DNA of 63,703 nucleotides, the filler included, from Atractiella rhizophila (Eukaryota): assembly GCA_021432655.1 (NCBI GenBank). It is 4 parts of 3 records of this genome, joined end to end, with 100 filler letters (N's around TTAATTAATTAA, not from the genome) between each part and the next. Parts side by side here need not be neighbours in the genome. Positions count along the whole stretch, not along the records: positions 27,508 to 56,636 come from MU271475.1; positions 56,737 to 61,192 come from MU271491.1; positions 61,293 to 63,703 come from MU271521.1; 1 more part is not named here. One strand, given 5' to 3'. A program made the translations under genes and the position numbers. Below, one piece after another: positions 51,465 through 63,703 of the stretch (positions are counted from its first letter, which is position 1; each line of letters starts with the position of its first letter). Below the pieces are notes generated by a model. The model did not search any database. It saw only the letters and a list, made by a program, of their open reading frames with translations, and was not told the origin of the DNA.

Positions 51465-52754
51465 GCAACTCACTTGTCTCGGCCGTTCCTCCAGTATCGC
51501 AATATACTCTGCTACATGCTCAAATAACCGCTCTAATGATGTGATAATAGGATAGTAGGCTGAAGTGGAAGGCTGAAATGAAAGCATCTTCCAAGTTGGG
51601 TTGTGCGTGATCCGAGAACCTTGACAAACAACTACTAGAAACAAAATCCGAAATGTTGTTAAAGCAATTCGCGGTGGAAACGTGGCGATTTTTAAAATAC
51701 CATTGAGAAGTGGTCAATAGTGAGCGGTCCACCCTTCGCGCTTCACTTGCCTTGTCATTCTTCATTTCTTTTATCAAAGTTTGCTCACACTGCCGCCTGC
51801 CTGTTTTCTGGTGTTTAAGCAGGGTTTCGAGCAGAGTTAACTGACTTGTTTGAATTGTATTGACCTTCGATGAGGAGGAATAAACATGACGGTCATCTCC
51901 TCTCGAGGCTCCCGGCCAGCGAGTGGTCTATAGTCTGTACCCTGTTTTTGTTCATCCGTCTAGCGTTCTTGGCGCGTTTTTGGCAATTTACCGTCGAAAC
52001 ACTCCCCAGCTTACTCGTTGCAAACTGTGCCGAATGGAGACACTCTGTATCTAGCAGCGCATCGACGTGTTTACCAAACGTGAACAGAAACTACAGGCCT
52101 AAAACAAAGCGTCACATAGATGGCATTCCAACTTCCAGAGATCTTCATCATCCTCTGCTATCACTTTCCCGAGGCAAGTTTCACTGGAGGTCGCTCAGTC
52201 GCACAATTGCGAGCAAGGATCCAGATTCCGCTGAGCAGGAGTCTGCTCTCTACCTATCCCTCGCTGATCTCCTTTAATTACTGACTTATTTCTTCTTCGC
52301 CTTGCAACGGCGATAAACAAGGTTTTCCTTCCAGGTAATGGGGAGCGGGATAGCGGCAGAGCCCTTACTGTATTCCGCGCCTAGAGTTTGAGAGGCTCGA
52401 GGACGAATAGAATAAACCAACAACCTTCGCAGTAGGCCGATGTAATCAGTGTAACCCGCGCAGTGCGGTACCCGTTGGATATCGTAAGTAGCTCCGGGGA
52501 GGGATACTGTAGCTATTGCTCGGGAAGAAAGGGTGGTGTAAGATGGAGGGCTCATCTCTGCAGCAATAGGCAACCAGGATTGCTTTGAGGAAGGAAATCA
52601 TAGTGATTTTCCTGCGCTGTCCGCGGTGTATTTGGATTTATATTTATACTCGAAAGGAGCTCCGAACACATAAGAAGATCATCCTGGGCTAAGTCGTACC
52701 TTTGTGCATTCGCGAGAGGAGCGTCAGTTAATCCTTCAATTCGACCAGAACAGC

Positions 52755-54797
52755 ATGAGTATCAGCGCATCCGTTCAGTGGCCTTGGATCGCCTTTGGAG
52801 GAGTAGTACGTTTTTTCTTTCTCCTCATGCGACACTGAGCCTAACTGTTTCCAGTTCTCCCACCTCATTTTCAAGAAGCACGAACCAACTGTTGATTTCT
52901 TTTTTCACTACTTGCTATCTTTGGCTACCATCTCCTTTTCCTTCAACCTCTACACCTCTTTGCCTCCTACGGAGCCAATACTTCCAAATACCTTCCTTCT
53001 CGTTTGGCAGTCCGCTCTCACCACGCTCGCTATTCTAACCGTGTACCTTCTTACTCTCTCGACAAGCATCTCAATTTACCGCCTTTTCTTTCATCCCCTG
53101 AAAGATATTCCTGGTCCCCTACTGGGAAAGATTACTGCCATTTGGTCTGCCTTCAGTGTAAAACGGGGGAAGCATTACTTGGACGTTGAAGCGCTGCATC
53201 AAAAGCATGGGGCATTTGTCAGACTTGGTTCGTCCATTTCACATTGGTCATGGCTCATTCTTGCTAAGAAACTTTGCAGGTCCTGAAGAAGTATCTATCC
53301 TCCATCCCGATGCCGTGTTCGAAATATTTGGAGGGCACACAAATCTCGGCAAATCGAAACAATATCCAGGCGGCGTCCTTCGTGGTGGACTAGAACCGTC
53401 GCTTCTCCTCATTCGAGATCCTGTAAAACACTCAATGAAGAGGAAGGATTGGGCGAAGGGCTTCACTACGGACGCTATGAAGGAATACCAAACGGTGTTC
53501 GAGCAGCGCACCCTTGAGCTGCTGCAAGGTCTCAACGCGGAAAGGATTCGTGGACCTGTCGACTTGACGCTATGGTTCAAGGCGTTTGCGACAACAGTGA
53601 TGGTAAACCTCCCTCGCCCTATATTTGCTTTTGAAAAGAGGTTACTGAATTTGCGGAATCAGGGTGATTTGTCAGGTTTCCCCAACTTCAACCGCCTGCA
53701 GGATCGGAATGACACAGACGGGTTCTGGGCAGTGCTTGAAGACTACGTAGCGAAAAACGCAGCCTTGAGAAAGTTGCCTCCTTGGCACGGATTCCTAGCC
53801 AGGGGTAGCAGTACTGGTCTCAAAATGTTTCAATTTGTCGCTGGAAAGTTGCGGGAAAGGTTTAGCAGACAGGCGGAAAGTAAAGACATGTTTCATTTCA
53901 TCGTGAGTTTCTGAAATAAGCAAGGTTGTCCCTGATCCGATATGCAATAGATGGGCAAGCAAAATAGTGTCGATTTGAATAGTATCATCCCGGCTGTCAC
54001 TCGTGATGCTCTTCTACTTATGATTGCAGGTCCGTTTGGGATCATACACTTGGGGATGACTGAGTAGGATGAAGTACAGGATCTGACACGACGCAAGGCG
54101 CCCTCGCCTCTCTGTTCCACTGCCTTCTCCAACATCCAAAACTTTACGCCACACTGCAATCCTCCGTTGACGAGCTCTATCAGCAAAGTGGCGTGCCCAG
54201 TACGACTCCTCTTCCAACAAAAATACTTGCATCCTCCAGAACTCTTGAAGCGTATATCAACGAAGCTCTGCGCATCAACCCTCCTGTGAAGAGTGGACAG
54301 CCACGAGAAGTTCCAGCTGGTGGAAAGATTGTCTGTGGTACTTTCCTTCCTGGGGGAACGACCATCTCTGCCTCCGCTTGGTCCATGCATAGGAGTCCCC
54401 AGTTATTTAGTAGGCCAACAGAATTCAGGCCAGAACGATGGTTAGAGCCGGAAAAGGAGGTACGCTTTCTGCTATATACACTGTTTGATGACTTTGTACT
54501 AATGTAGAGTGTAGGAACTATTCACGCCACAAGCTTTCTTCCCCTTCAGTGTGAGTATTTGTCTTCGTGATGCCAATTTCTCGGCTCAACTATGAGTAGC
54601 ATGGACCGATGAACTGCATCGGCAAAGCAGTGGCGATGGATGAGCTGCGTATGGTTACTGCCACTCTCGTGCGAACCTTCGACATGGAACCCGTTAGAGG
54701 TGGAGGTTTTGAGGACTTTGAAAGCAACATGAGAGATTGGACAGTGACCATTATGGGGCCTCTGAAAGTAAAGCTAAGGGAGAGGAAACTGGATTGA
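52755..54797 (+). CDS. Cytochrome P450 (CYP5035-like by motif resemblance)
   Basis: IPGP..KHGAFVRLGPEEVSI, I-helix LMIAGSDTT, EALR, PERW, and heme motif FLPFS/HGPMNCIGK. Confidence 0.95.
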
Positions 54798-55023
54798 GTG
54801 CATTGACATGACTTGGCTTATTTTTTAGCTTTTGAGTGTACGAATAGTTGGTAGCAGTAGCACGCGAAGTGATCTCATTTTCGTCTGTGTGGTAATGTCT
54901 GCACTTGTGATGATCCAGCACCGAAACGGCTTGAATGCAGAAGGATATGGATTGAAATCGTTGCAGTCAAGTTTACTTCCGTGATAAAGGAATGGGTATA
55001 ATAGACATTCAGGGAAAACAACA

Positions 55024-56636
55024 TCAAGCCGCTAAAGCAACAGTGTCCATGATTTTGCGAAGCAGAGTCCGAATAAAACTTTCTCTTTCCTTCCAATCCG
55101 GTCCAATGGCCTCGCGAGACAGTTGAAACTGGTCAAAAATGGCAAACACGCTTCGCAAGGGACCCATACTCTCGTTCTTCAAAGCGACTGTTTCTCGATG
55201 ATTGAGGAATTGAGAATGCTGAAGGTTCACTGCTGGTATCCTCGATTCTGTTAACCAAAAGTCCAGGTGTCCCCAAACAAGCAGGAGGAGAAGCTCCACG
55301 AGATCTGCACCAGTATAAATGCAAATATGGTGTTCCAACGAACGACTTACATAAACTGCTGACTCCTCTGCGGCGGATTGCTTCGTGCATCTTTTCCAGC
55401 TCACTCGCGGCTTGCTTTCGACAAGCAACGATGTCGCCATGCAGTTTCAACTCGATACCCAAAACCTGCACGTTCATCAGAAAGTGACTGATAAGCTTTC
55501 AACCATACCTCTTCTATCTCCGGTATTGTGAGAGAATCAAAATTGTTCAGCTTTTCATGCAGCTCCCGAAATAACCGAAGTCGTCGAGCAAGTTCATCGC
55601 AACAGTTGACAAGGAAGTGTATTGTCAAGCCCAGGGTTGGTCCTGCAGAGGGCGTATATGGTGAACAATATGAATATCAGTAAGCAGAAAACGTACCGGA
55701 TGAATTGCTGGAAGAGCTGATCGTTGGTTTCAAAACCGGTCGGAAAGTAATGTCTTCCTCGGCAATCAAACGCCAGCGATTCGGGGAATATAGGGCATAC
55801 CTTTTCGCCTAGTCGCATCACTAAGATAAGTGGCCAATTCACTTCGTAGCCCGTCTAAAAGACTGTCGATCTTGGCCCAGAACACGGTCTTACCACTGCC
55901 ACTGATTCGAGCTAGGATTCTGGTCAGGCTGAGTTTAAATCATATATACTCACATTTGAACGCAGTCTGTGAATCGTATTTCTCGTCCTCTGTGGACGGT
56001 TCAACCCCGTTGATCCAATGTTCATCTGCAAGAACCTTGGCTGCGAGATTGAGAACAGCATTGTGAATAGCTCCATACTTCGAAGGCAATGTCTATTAGC
56101 AATCCGAATCAGATATTTGCTCCAGGTCACGTTAAACCCACTAATTCATCTTCGGGTATGACCGCCCAACATGTTCGCAGCAAGAACACGACCAATCTTG
56201 CTTCTCTGAGGATTGTATATCCGCCCCTCGCTCGATGTGCATCTCGCAACGTCGTTAGTAGAATCTCACGTTGTGACTGCACGAAGGTCCAGGCAAGGCT
56301 GCGAATCCTGTGAGGCGGGGCGTTCGGGTACGAAAATAATATTGATGTAACTAGCTGCAAAGCTGGAAGGAGCAGTTGGTGGTGACGTTCGATAACAGGT
56401 GGCACAAAGTTGTCGACTACTATACCAATGTAAAGAAAGGTGATCGAAAAACAGATTGCTCACCCATGCCACTGGGATCCGATGGAGGTCTTGCTGAGAG
56501 GAATTCGCAATTAACCAGGCATTCGAATATTCGTGATTCTATCAGCTTTTCCGCGCCGTCCTTAATGGTCGCAAGGCGTAAGAGGCAGGACATTTTGGCC
56601 TCGTAGACATAAATAGCATTCAACGACTCTGAATAA
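55024..56636 (-). CDS. NUP192: Nucleoporin Nup192/Nup205, 3' part (5' part in gap)
   Basis: LNAIYVYEAKMSCLLRLATIKDGAEKLIESRIF, ERHHQLLLPALQL, LVELLLLLVWGHLDFW. Confidence 0.8.
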
Positions 56637-56736
56637 NNNNNNNNNNNNNNNNNNNNNNNNNNNNNNNNNNNNNNNNNNNNTTAATTAATTAANNNNNNNN
56701 NNNNNNNNNNNNNNNNNNNNNNNNNNNNNNNNNNNN
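56637..56736. other. Assembly gap with artificial linker
   Basis: N44-TTAATTAATTAA-N44. Confidence 0.97.
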
Positions 56737-57437
56737 CAACGTCGTGAAGATATCAAGAACAAGATTTTGCAAGTTGGTCGGATGTCTCGCGTCTTCGCCG
56801 TCCTTCGAGAGGAGACGGAAGCTGCTAGTGAGCTTCGGAATGTCAACGGGATGGAATCACTTCCCACTGGTACCCTGGCCAACGCAGCCGAAAACGTGAA
56901 GAACTCTATCACTGGTTTCGTGGATGCAAGAAAGAGCGATATCGAAAACGAGCGTCTACCTGATTTCTTGGTCGATGCCAACGAAGTCGAAGGGTTCGAG
57001 AAATTCGCCGACGCCTATGGATCACCCTCTGCTTCTGCGTCCTCTGGAAGGGCCACTCCGACTAGTCCAGCTGCAAATGGACATAAGTCCCCATGGACTG
57101 GCAAGGACGACACCCCAATCACTTCCATCCCTTCGACGCCAGACAGGTCGCCAGATGTATCCCCCGGTGTTTCGCCAGGGAGGAAGTTTGGTCATGGAAG
57201 GACAAGTTCTCTGGGTACTACGAGCACTTCTCCTTCCAACAGGAGGAGAAGCTTGGAGAACTCGTTGATGATGCTTCGGTCAGTAGTCCCCACGTCGATG
57301 CTTGACTTCACTAAATCTTCCCTAGTGCCGCGATGGAGTCAAAGGATGCCCAATTGGAAGAGCTGGCGGAGACAATCAGCGGGACAAAACTCGACGACGA
57401 TGCTTCTGCACAACCTGCGGCAGCAGCGGCTCAGTGA
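56737..57437 (+). CDS. CNA1: Calcineurin A catalytic subunit, copy 1 (regulatory C-terminus only; remainder in gap)
   Basis: CaM-binding [25 protein letters not shown], autoinhibitory ARKSDIENERLP, and GHGRTSSLGTT..RRRSLE../AAMESKDAQLEELAETI. Confidence 0.9.
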
Positions 57438-57765
57438 AAAACAACAGGGTCTTCGACGAAACCTGATGATGACGACGGAAGTTCCTAATGATGCTCAATT
57501 GATTGATAGAATAATGATGAACTGGTATTTTGAATGGGTTTGGTCCTCTTTCTCTTTCTCAGATTGTTATTTCCCTTCTCATCGAATTCTGCCTGGTCAC
57601 GTGGATTCTCTTTGTCATCAAAGTTTGGTTTGCTATCTTGTAATCTCAGTCTGCAACATTGTTCACAACCACTGCACTCCCGCTCCTTCTTTCGTCACCC
57701 CCTTCCTAAGCACCTGCTCGTAAATCCCAAGTTGAGGCTGGAAGCACTCCAGAACGCACGAGATC

Positions 57766-60298
57766 ATGAATGTGGTGACGAAGAAGGAGCAGACTGATAG
57801 GGGGATCCAAGAGATCGCGAAACGCGCGCTCAATCCCAAGCCGCGTCCGGACCAAGATTTCACTATCGTCGTTGATGAAGCTGGTAACGAAGTCTCTACC
57901 CAAGAACGCATCGTGAAGGATGTCCTTCCTCCGCTTTCTCATCGTCCCACGGACGAAGAGTTCTTCGACAAGAACGACCCAACCAAACCGAACGTCCAGT
58001 TGTTAAAGGAGCATTTCTTTAGGGAGGGAAGGATTAAAGAGGATCATGCTCTGTGGATTGTCGAGAAAGCAAGCGATATCATGCGGAATGAGCCTAATTT
58101 GATCGAAGTGGATGCTCCCATTACGCGTGAGCTCCCATCCACCTCTTGTTTCTGGGTAGTGGGTTGAGAAAGAATTTATTTGCCGGAAATAGTCTGTGGA
58201 GACATCCATGGACAGTATGTGCGTCTTTTAGGCTTGTCGGGTTGAGCTCAAGTTGCTCAAGGTATGATTCTGTAGTTTGATCTTATGAAGCTCTTCGAGA
58301 TTGGAGGAAATCCAGCAGAGACCCGATATCTCTTTCTTGGGGACTACGTCGATCGTGGATATTTCTCCGTCGAGGTGGGCTTTCTCTCCTCAAAGCATCG
58401 CTGCAAGTAGCTCCTGATCCCGCTTACGTACTGTCAATAGTGCGTCCTCTACCTGTGGGCGCTCAAAATCTGGTACCCAGAGACCATGTTCCTCCTGCGA
58501 GGCAATCACGAGTGTCGGCATTTAACGGACTACTTCACTTTCAAACTTGAATGTGAGTTTCGCCCAGTCCACCCAATCGCGAATCGAGCCATTCTTGATC
58601 TTCCCCGCGGAGGATCGCTCATACTCAGTTGGTGAATAGGCAAGCACAAGTATTCAGAGCGGCTATACGAAGCCTGTATCGAGTCTTTCTGCACCCTCCC
58701 GCTCGCCGCTGTCATGAATAAGCAGTTCCTTTGCATCCATGGCGGTCTCAGCCCGGAGCTCAACACTCTTGACGATATCCGCACCGTTCGTATCCTTTAC
58801 CTCACTTTTTAACCGATACGCCCAACGGAATTTTGCTAGATCGATAGATTTCGTGAACCTCCGACTCATGGATTGATGTGCGACATCCTTTGGAGCGATC
58901 CCATCGAAGATTATGGGAGCGAGCGTACGACAGACCACTTTGTTCACAACCATGTTCGTGGTTGCTCGTTTTTCTTCAGGTATACTGTTCCCTTTCCGGT
59001 CTTTGATTTTGGCTGAGCAAGAGGCAGCTATGGAGCTGTGTGTTCATTCTTGGAAAGGAACGGCTTGCTTTCCATCATTCGTGCACACGAGGCTCAAGAT
59101 GCCGGGTTGGTTCTTACCCTCTACCATCGATATCGACTAAGATATGGGCTTGTGCAGCTATCGAGTATACCGTCGCACACGGACAAATTCCTTTCCATCC
59201 CTAATGACTTATTTTTCGTGCGCTTTTCCTCTTCGCTGTACAGAGAGGAAAGCAGGACTGATGGTCTTTTACGTTTGTAGTGCACCGAACTATTTGGACG
59301 TGTATAACAACAAGGCTGCTGTGTTGAAGTATGAAAATAACGTCGTTAATATCCGCCAATTCAACTCTTCGAACCATCCTTATTGGCTTCCAAATTTCAT
59401 GGACGTTTTCACTTGGAGCTTGCCATTTGTAGGCGAGAAAAGTGTGATTCCCAGTTTCAGTACCTTCGATCAAACTGATGTGGAGTGTAGTCACGGATAT
59501 GCTGATCGCTATGCTGGGTATATGCAGCAAGGAGGAGCTGGATGAGGATGACGAGGAGATGGCGTCCATCAGTGAGACGTCGGAAGAGGCGAAGGATATT
59601 TCAGGTTCGTCATCCTGTCGTAGTTATATCTTCATCATTCCGCCTGATCCATCGATTCATCCATTTTCTGACGCATGTCATTTAGCGGAAGAGTCGGCGG
59701 CCCGGAGGCAGGCAATCAAGAAGAAGATTCTCGCCGTCGGTAAGATGTCACGAGTGTTCGCCGTGCTTCGAGAGGAAGCGGAGGCTGTTTCGGAGCTGAA
59801 GAGTATGAGCGGGAACGAGAAGCTGCCCTACGGTCTGCTAGCTAATGGAGCCGAAGCACTCAAGAAATCAATAACCTCTTTCGAGGAGGCACGCAAGTCC
59901 GATATCCTCAATGAATCACTGCCACCACCTCTTGTGGATGCAGATCCCGAAGAATATGGCTCCCCTGTGGCCTCTGGAACGGCGACACCCACCATGCCGC
60001 CGGAGGCATCGTCAAGCCCTCTCTCGCCTTCTTCTAGCTCGCCGATTGCGAGCACAAGCAACCACAGCCGCTCGAATTCGCTGTCTACCGTCTATCCTTC
60101 TGCGGGAGAAATGAATCGGATTGGAAGGGGTCATTCCAGAAAGCCGAGCCTGGGGACGACGATGTCAAGCCCGAGCACAAGGCGCAGATCTCTGGAACAG
60201 ACTCTCAACCTCCTCAGGTTCGTTCTTCGTCCCTTCGATTCATCAACGTCTTCATTGATGTATGAAACTAAACTGACAGGTCTGCGATGAAGATGTGA
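57766..60298 (+). CDS. CNA1: Calcineurin A catalytic subunit, copy 2 (complete)
   Basis: [72 protein letters not shown] and CaM-binding [15 protein letters not shown]. Confidence 0.98.
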
Positions 60299-60900
60299 TT
60301 TTATACATGCTGAAACAAGAAAGGACTGGTAATCCTGCCTGCATCATAAAATATGTAAAAGTGTCCCTGTGCTTGTGATACCTGGATGAGTGAAATTTAG
60401 CTGTATTACCTGTACCTCGTGATCTCTGTTGTCACCTTGTCACTGGTCAGCCAGTCAATCTACAGCTTGGTCAAGGCGAAAGCTTGGGAAGAATGATGGT
60501 CCAATTCCGTCAAAATCCGGTCCCTTCGGCTGACTAATTACACAAACAGTGTAAGGTTTGTGCGGGTGAACCTTCGGCTCGACCCGGCTGCTGGCGGAAC
60601 TCCACAACACCAGACGAGCTTTCAGAGTGACAAAACGACCAACGCCTCAGCCGGCAATGCTCTTTCAGCACGACCATTGCTCACTCCAGAGACGACTCTT
60701 CAAGGGATAAAGCGTGATATTCCTGCCGCATCCATTATCCTCGATCAGCGCATTCGTCATTCTTGCTCAGTTGGGGTTTCGTCGTGCCGAAAAGTTACAA
60801 AGGCTTCTGTTTCGAGAAAAATTACGCCAACCAGTGCGATTTCGCATTGACAGTCGAGATATTGAAAAGGATTCGCCACAGCTTTTGAACAGTGGGAGTG

Positions 60901-61192
60901 ATGGGAGACCATAAGTTGGGAGATCAAGCGTCGCTGGAGACGATCAGCGAAGAGCAGTGCGTTCCCCCCCTCCTGGGCAAAAAACCCTTGTTCAAATTTG
61001 GGTTTTCTCTTTCCTCCGCAACCTTGAATGTGGATAGTCCTCGAGAGAAGGAGAAGAAGAAGGAATCGTCTCCTCCCGCCAAACCACAAAACGCCAAGGG
61101 ACATTCGCCGCCACCCAGCAATCTCCTCTCCGAAGATCCTACCTCTCCGTTCTGCAAACCTCTCATCGTCCGCAGTAACCCGTGTACCATCA
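60901..61192 (+). CDS. 5' fragment of a hypothetical protein (possibly fungal Usp-domain protein), cut by gap
   Basis: S/P/K-rich ORF ending IVRSNPCTI at the gap, reminiscent of the segment preceding fungal Usp domains. Confidence 0.35.
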
Positions 61193-61292
61193 NNNNNNNN
61201 NNNNNNNNNNNNNNNNNNNNNNNNNNNNNNNNNNNNTTAATTAATTAANNNNNNNNNNNNNNNNNNNNNNNNNNNNNNNNNNNNNNNNNNNN
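61193..61292. other. Assembly gap with artificial linker
   Basis: N44-TTAATTAATTAA-N44. Confidence 0.97.
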
Positions 61293-63703
61293 ATGACCCA
61301 CTTGTTATCCTCTCACCAGAAAGCACTGCCGGGTTCTTTTCGAGAATGTGCTTCGCGTGGTATTTCCCGCTGCTGTTGAAGGGGAGAAAAAAGCCGTTGG
61401 CTATGGAAGATTTAGGAGAGATTGATGCCAGTCTTGAGAGTGCTGGACTGTGGAAGATGGGTGCACCAGTATGGGAGAAGATGAAGTAAGCAGGTACAGG
61501 CTAGTGAGAAATGAAACTTACTGGCGTTAAACGAAGGGGAAAGAGTTGGCCGCTTTTGAGGACGTGTCTTCAAACCTTCACACAGCCGTTGACAGCACCA
61601 ATGATCCCAACCATCATTAACAGTCTCGCCACTATTGCGCAACCCTTATTAATAGGGGATCTTGTTACATTCATCTCGTTGGTATCTCTATTGAATTTTT
61701 TACTACGATGATTGAAGTTCTACACAGGTCGTATTCTTCAGACGATCCAGAGCCTCCGTATATAGGTTGGTCACTCGTTGGAGCTTTCACCTTAGTTTTC
61801 GTCATAATTGCCATCACGAACGGCCTCAAGCAATTTGCTATTAACCGAGCTCAAGTGGTCCTTAGAGGATTTTTCATCGAAATGATCTATCGGAAGACGC
61901 TCCGCCTTCACATCGAAGCTGCGACCGAGATTGGTGGAGGGACAGCCGGAAATTACATGTCGGTTGATGTCGAGAGGATCGCAAACCAACAGCGAGTCAT
62001 TCACGGTGCGCAATTGATCTGCTTGTTGTCCCAACTTACTGAAGATGAATACAGACTTTTACTCCGTTCTCGTCATGATTGCCATTGGTCTCATCATTCT
62101 CTACAATCAGATCAAATATGCTTTCATCGCTCCTCTCGTTGGCACACTCGTCTGCTTTCGCCTCATCCCTGTGTTTTCGAAACACGTAGGGAAGGGCCAA
62201 GCAGCGTGGAGCAGTTGTATCGATCGAAGGACAAAGTTGATGGCTAGTGCTATCAGAAATATCAAAAGTATCAAACTCGGAGCGTATGAGGATATCATCG
62301 CTAAAAAAATCGTCGCGCTGAGGTCGGAAGAGGTCAAGGCTTACAAATATTACGGAACTCAGATCTGGAAAACCAGCGCGGTGACTAGTGAGTCTCTTAT
62401 AGTGTGCGATTCCAAACCATCTAAGGACGAGGCAATTTCAGACTGGAGCGCGAACTTCTTGACTCTCTGCACCTTGACGTAAGGCGATATTCCATTTCAA
62501 AGTGCCCATAAGCTGATTTTCGCAACCAGAGCTTTTGGAATTGCATCCGTGGTATCTAATGATCCAACGTACCAAATTTCGACATCAAAGCTGTTTACCG
62601 TTATTGCAACGCTTCAGATTATTGCAGAGCCACTACTCATGGTTGGGCAAAGCTACAGCAGCATCCAAGCAGGGTTTGTCAGTATCAAGCGAATCGAGGT
62701 CTGTTCAAAGTGGTTCTTTTCGTATAGCACATTTGATAATGGCGAACAGACTCTTCTCTTGAAGGAAGAAAAGAAGGTGCAGGAGCGGGAAAAGCAGCAA
62801 ACTGAAAAGGACAGGCCAGTCATAAAGGTCAACAAAGCCACATTTCATCTCAGCGGCAAGACACTTCTGAAAGATATTTCGATAGCCTGTTCATCTGGCA
62901 GTCTCACCATGGTCATTGGTCGTGTCGCTTCAGTCCGCCTTTGTTGTTTTCTTTTCACGTCAACTATTAATATGTGCTCTCCAGGGGAAAAGCCTCCTGC
63001 TTCAAGCACTCCTCGGGGAGATGGACATGTCTGAGGGATCTATGACGTCCTTGAACGGATGTCGAGTCGGGTACTGCTCTCAAAATGCATGGCTTCGACC
63101 AGCAGAAAGCATCAAAGCCAACATCGAGTTTCTTTCCCCACCGGACATCAACCTCTACAACAAAGTTATCCGTGCAGTCGCACTCGACGTGGATCTTAAG
63201 GTAAACCATAATTGTTTCTAGTAGCTTTCTTCTGAAGCGTTCGCAGGTGATGCACAGAGGGGATAAGACTATGGCTAGTGACCTGTCCGGTGGTCAAAAG
63301 GTCTGTCCTCACTCTGCAGGGCTCCCTGAGTTCTGACGTTACCAGGCTCGAGTTGCCCTCGCCCGTCTCCTATATGCGAGAGTCGATATTGCTCTGCTAG
63401 ACGATGTGCTCTCGGCTTTAGACGCAACAACCGAAGCACATGTCTTCGACAGCTTGTTTGGATCTGATGGATTGCTAAAAGGAAAGACAGTGATCATGGT
63501 CACAAATGCTGGTGAATCTTCTTCGCTTCCTATAAAACTAATAGTGAATGACGCACGGATTATTAGTGCATCGTCTTAGGGCCGCCGACTCTGTCGTCAT
63601 GATGGAAGAAGGAACAATTGTTGAGGAAGGAAGCTGTCACGAGCTGCTAGAAAAAGGAGAAGCGACTTCCAAATTCATATCCGAATTCATGGCCACTACC
63701 CAG
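61293..63703 (+). CDS. ABCC/MRP-type ABC transporter, partial (TMD1 and NBD1)
   Basis: STAGFFSRMCFAW..LAMEDL, IYRKTLRL..NYMSVDVERI, Walker A GRVASGKS, signature LSGGQK..LAR, Walker B LLDDVLSALD. Confidence 0.95.

Noticed and set aside
51429..52573. Short ORFs upstream of the P450
   Set aside because: No motifs or consistent splice structure that I can support.
52755..63703. P450 plus ABCC transporter as a secondary metabolite cluster
   Set aside because: No backbone synthase; separated by housekeeping genes and two unsized gaps.

Overview
Gene-dense eukaryotic DNA with many short (~50-60 nt) spliceosomal introns. Gene content and intron style point to a basidiomycete fungus (inference). The assembly is a draft: three 100-nt N gaps contain an artificial TTAATTAATTAA linker, and there is one 930-N gap. 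About 25 genes or gene fragments are recognisable: a CsgA-like SDR, a frataxin with a damaged core, INCENP, a DOMON-cytochrome b561 protein, a 40-codon OST4 missed by the ORF track, clathrin heavy chain, an F-box protein, a Zn2Cys6 factor, a decayed FAM32A, BCAS3-like and REX1-B-like fragments, two convergent SDR paralogs, CAF16, a bestrophin/UPF0187 protein, a WCQPC thioredoxin, a CFEM protein, SYM1/Mpv17, a HAM1/TULIP-like protein, a PEBP, a P450, the Nup192 3' end, two tandem calcineurin A genes and an ABCC transporter. Most notable are the tandem calcineurin A paralogs (one with an altered autoinhibitory domain), a 618-nt hairpin-rich intron in SYM1, an orphan gene with an inverted decayed copy bracketing a three-gene block, micro-exons that build conserved motifs, and a repeat-spacer-repeat element with terminal inverted repeats. 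No tRNA, rRNA or CRISPR array was found. All exon boundaries were read by eye, and family calls rest on recalled motifs rather than database searches.
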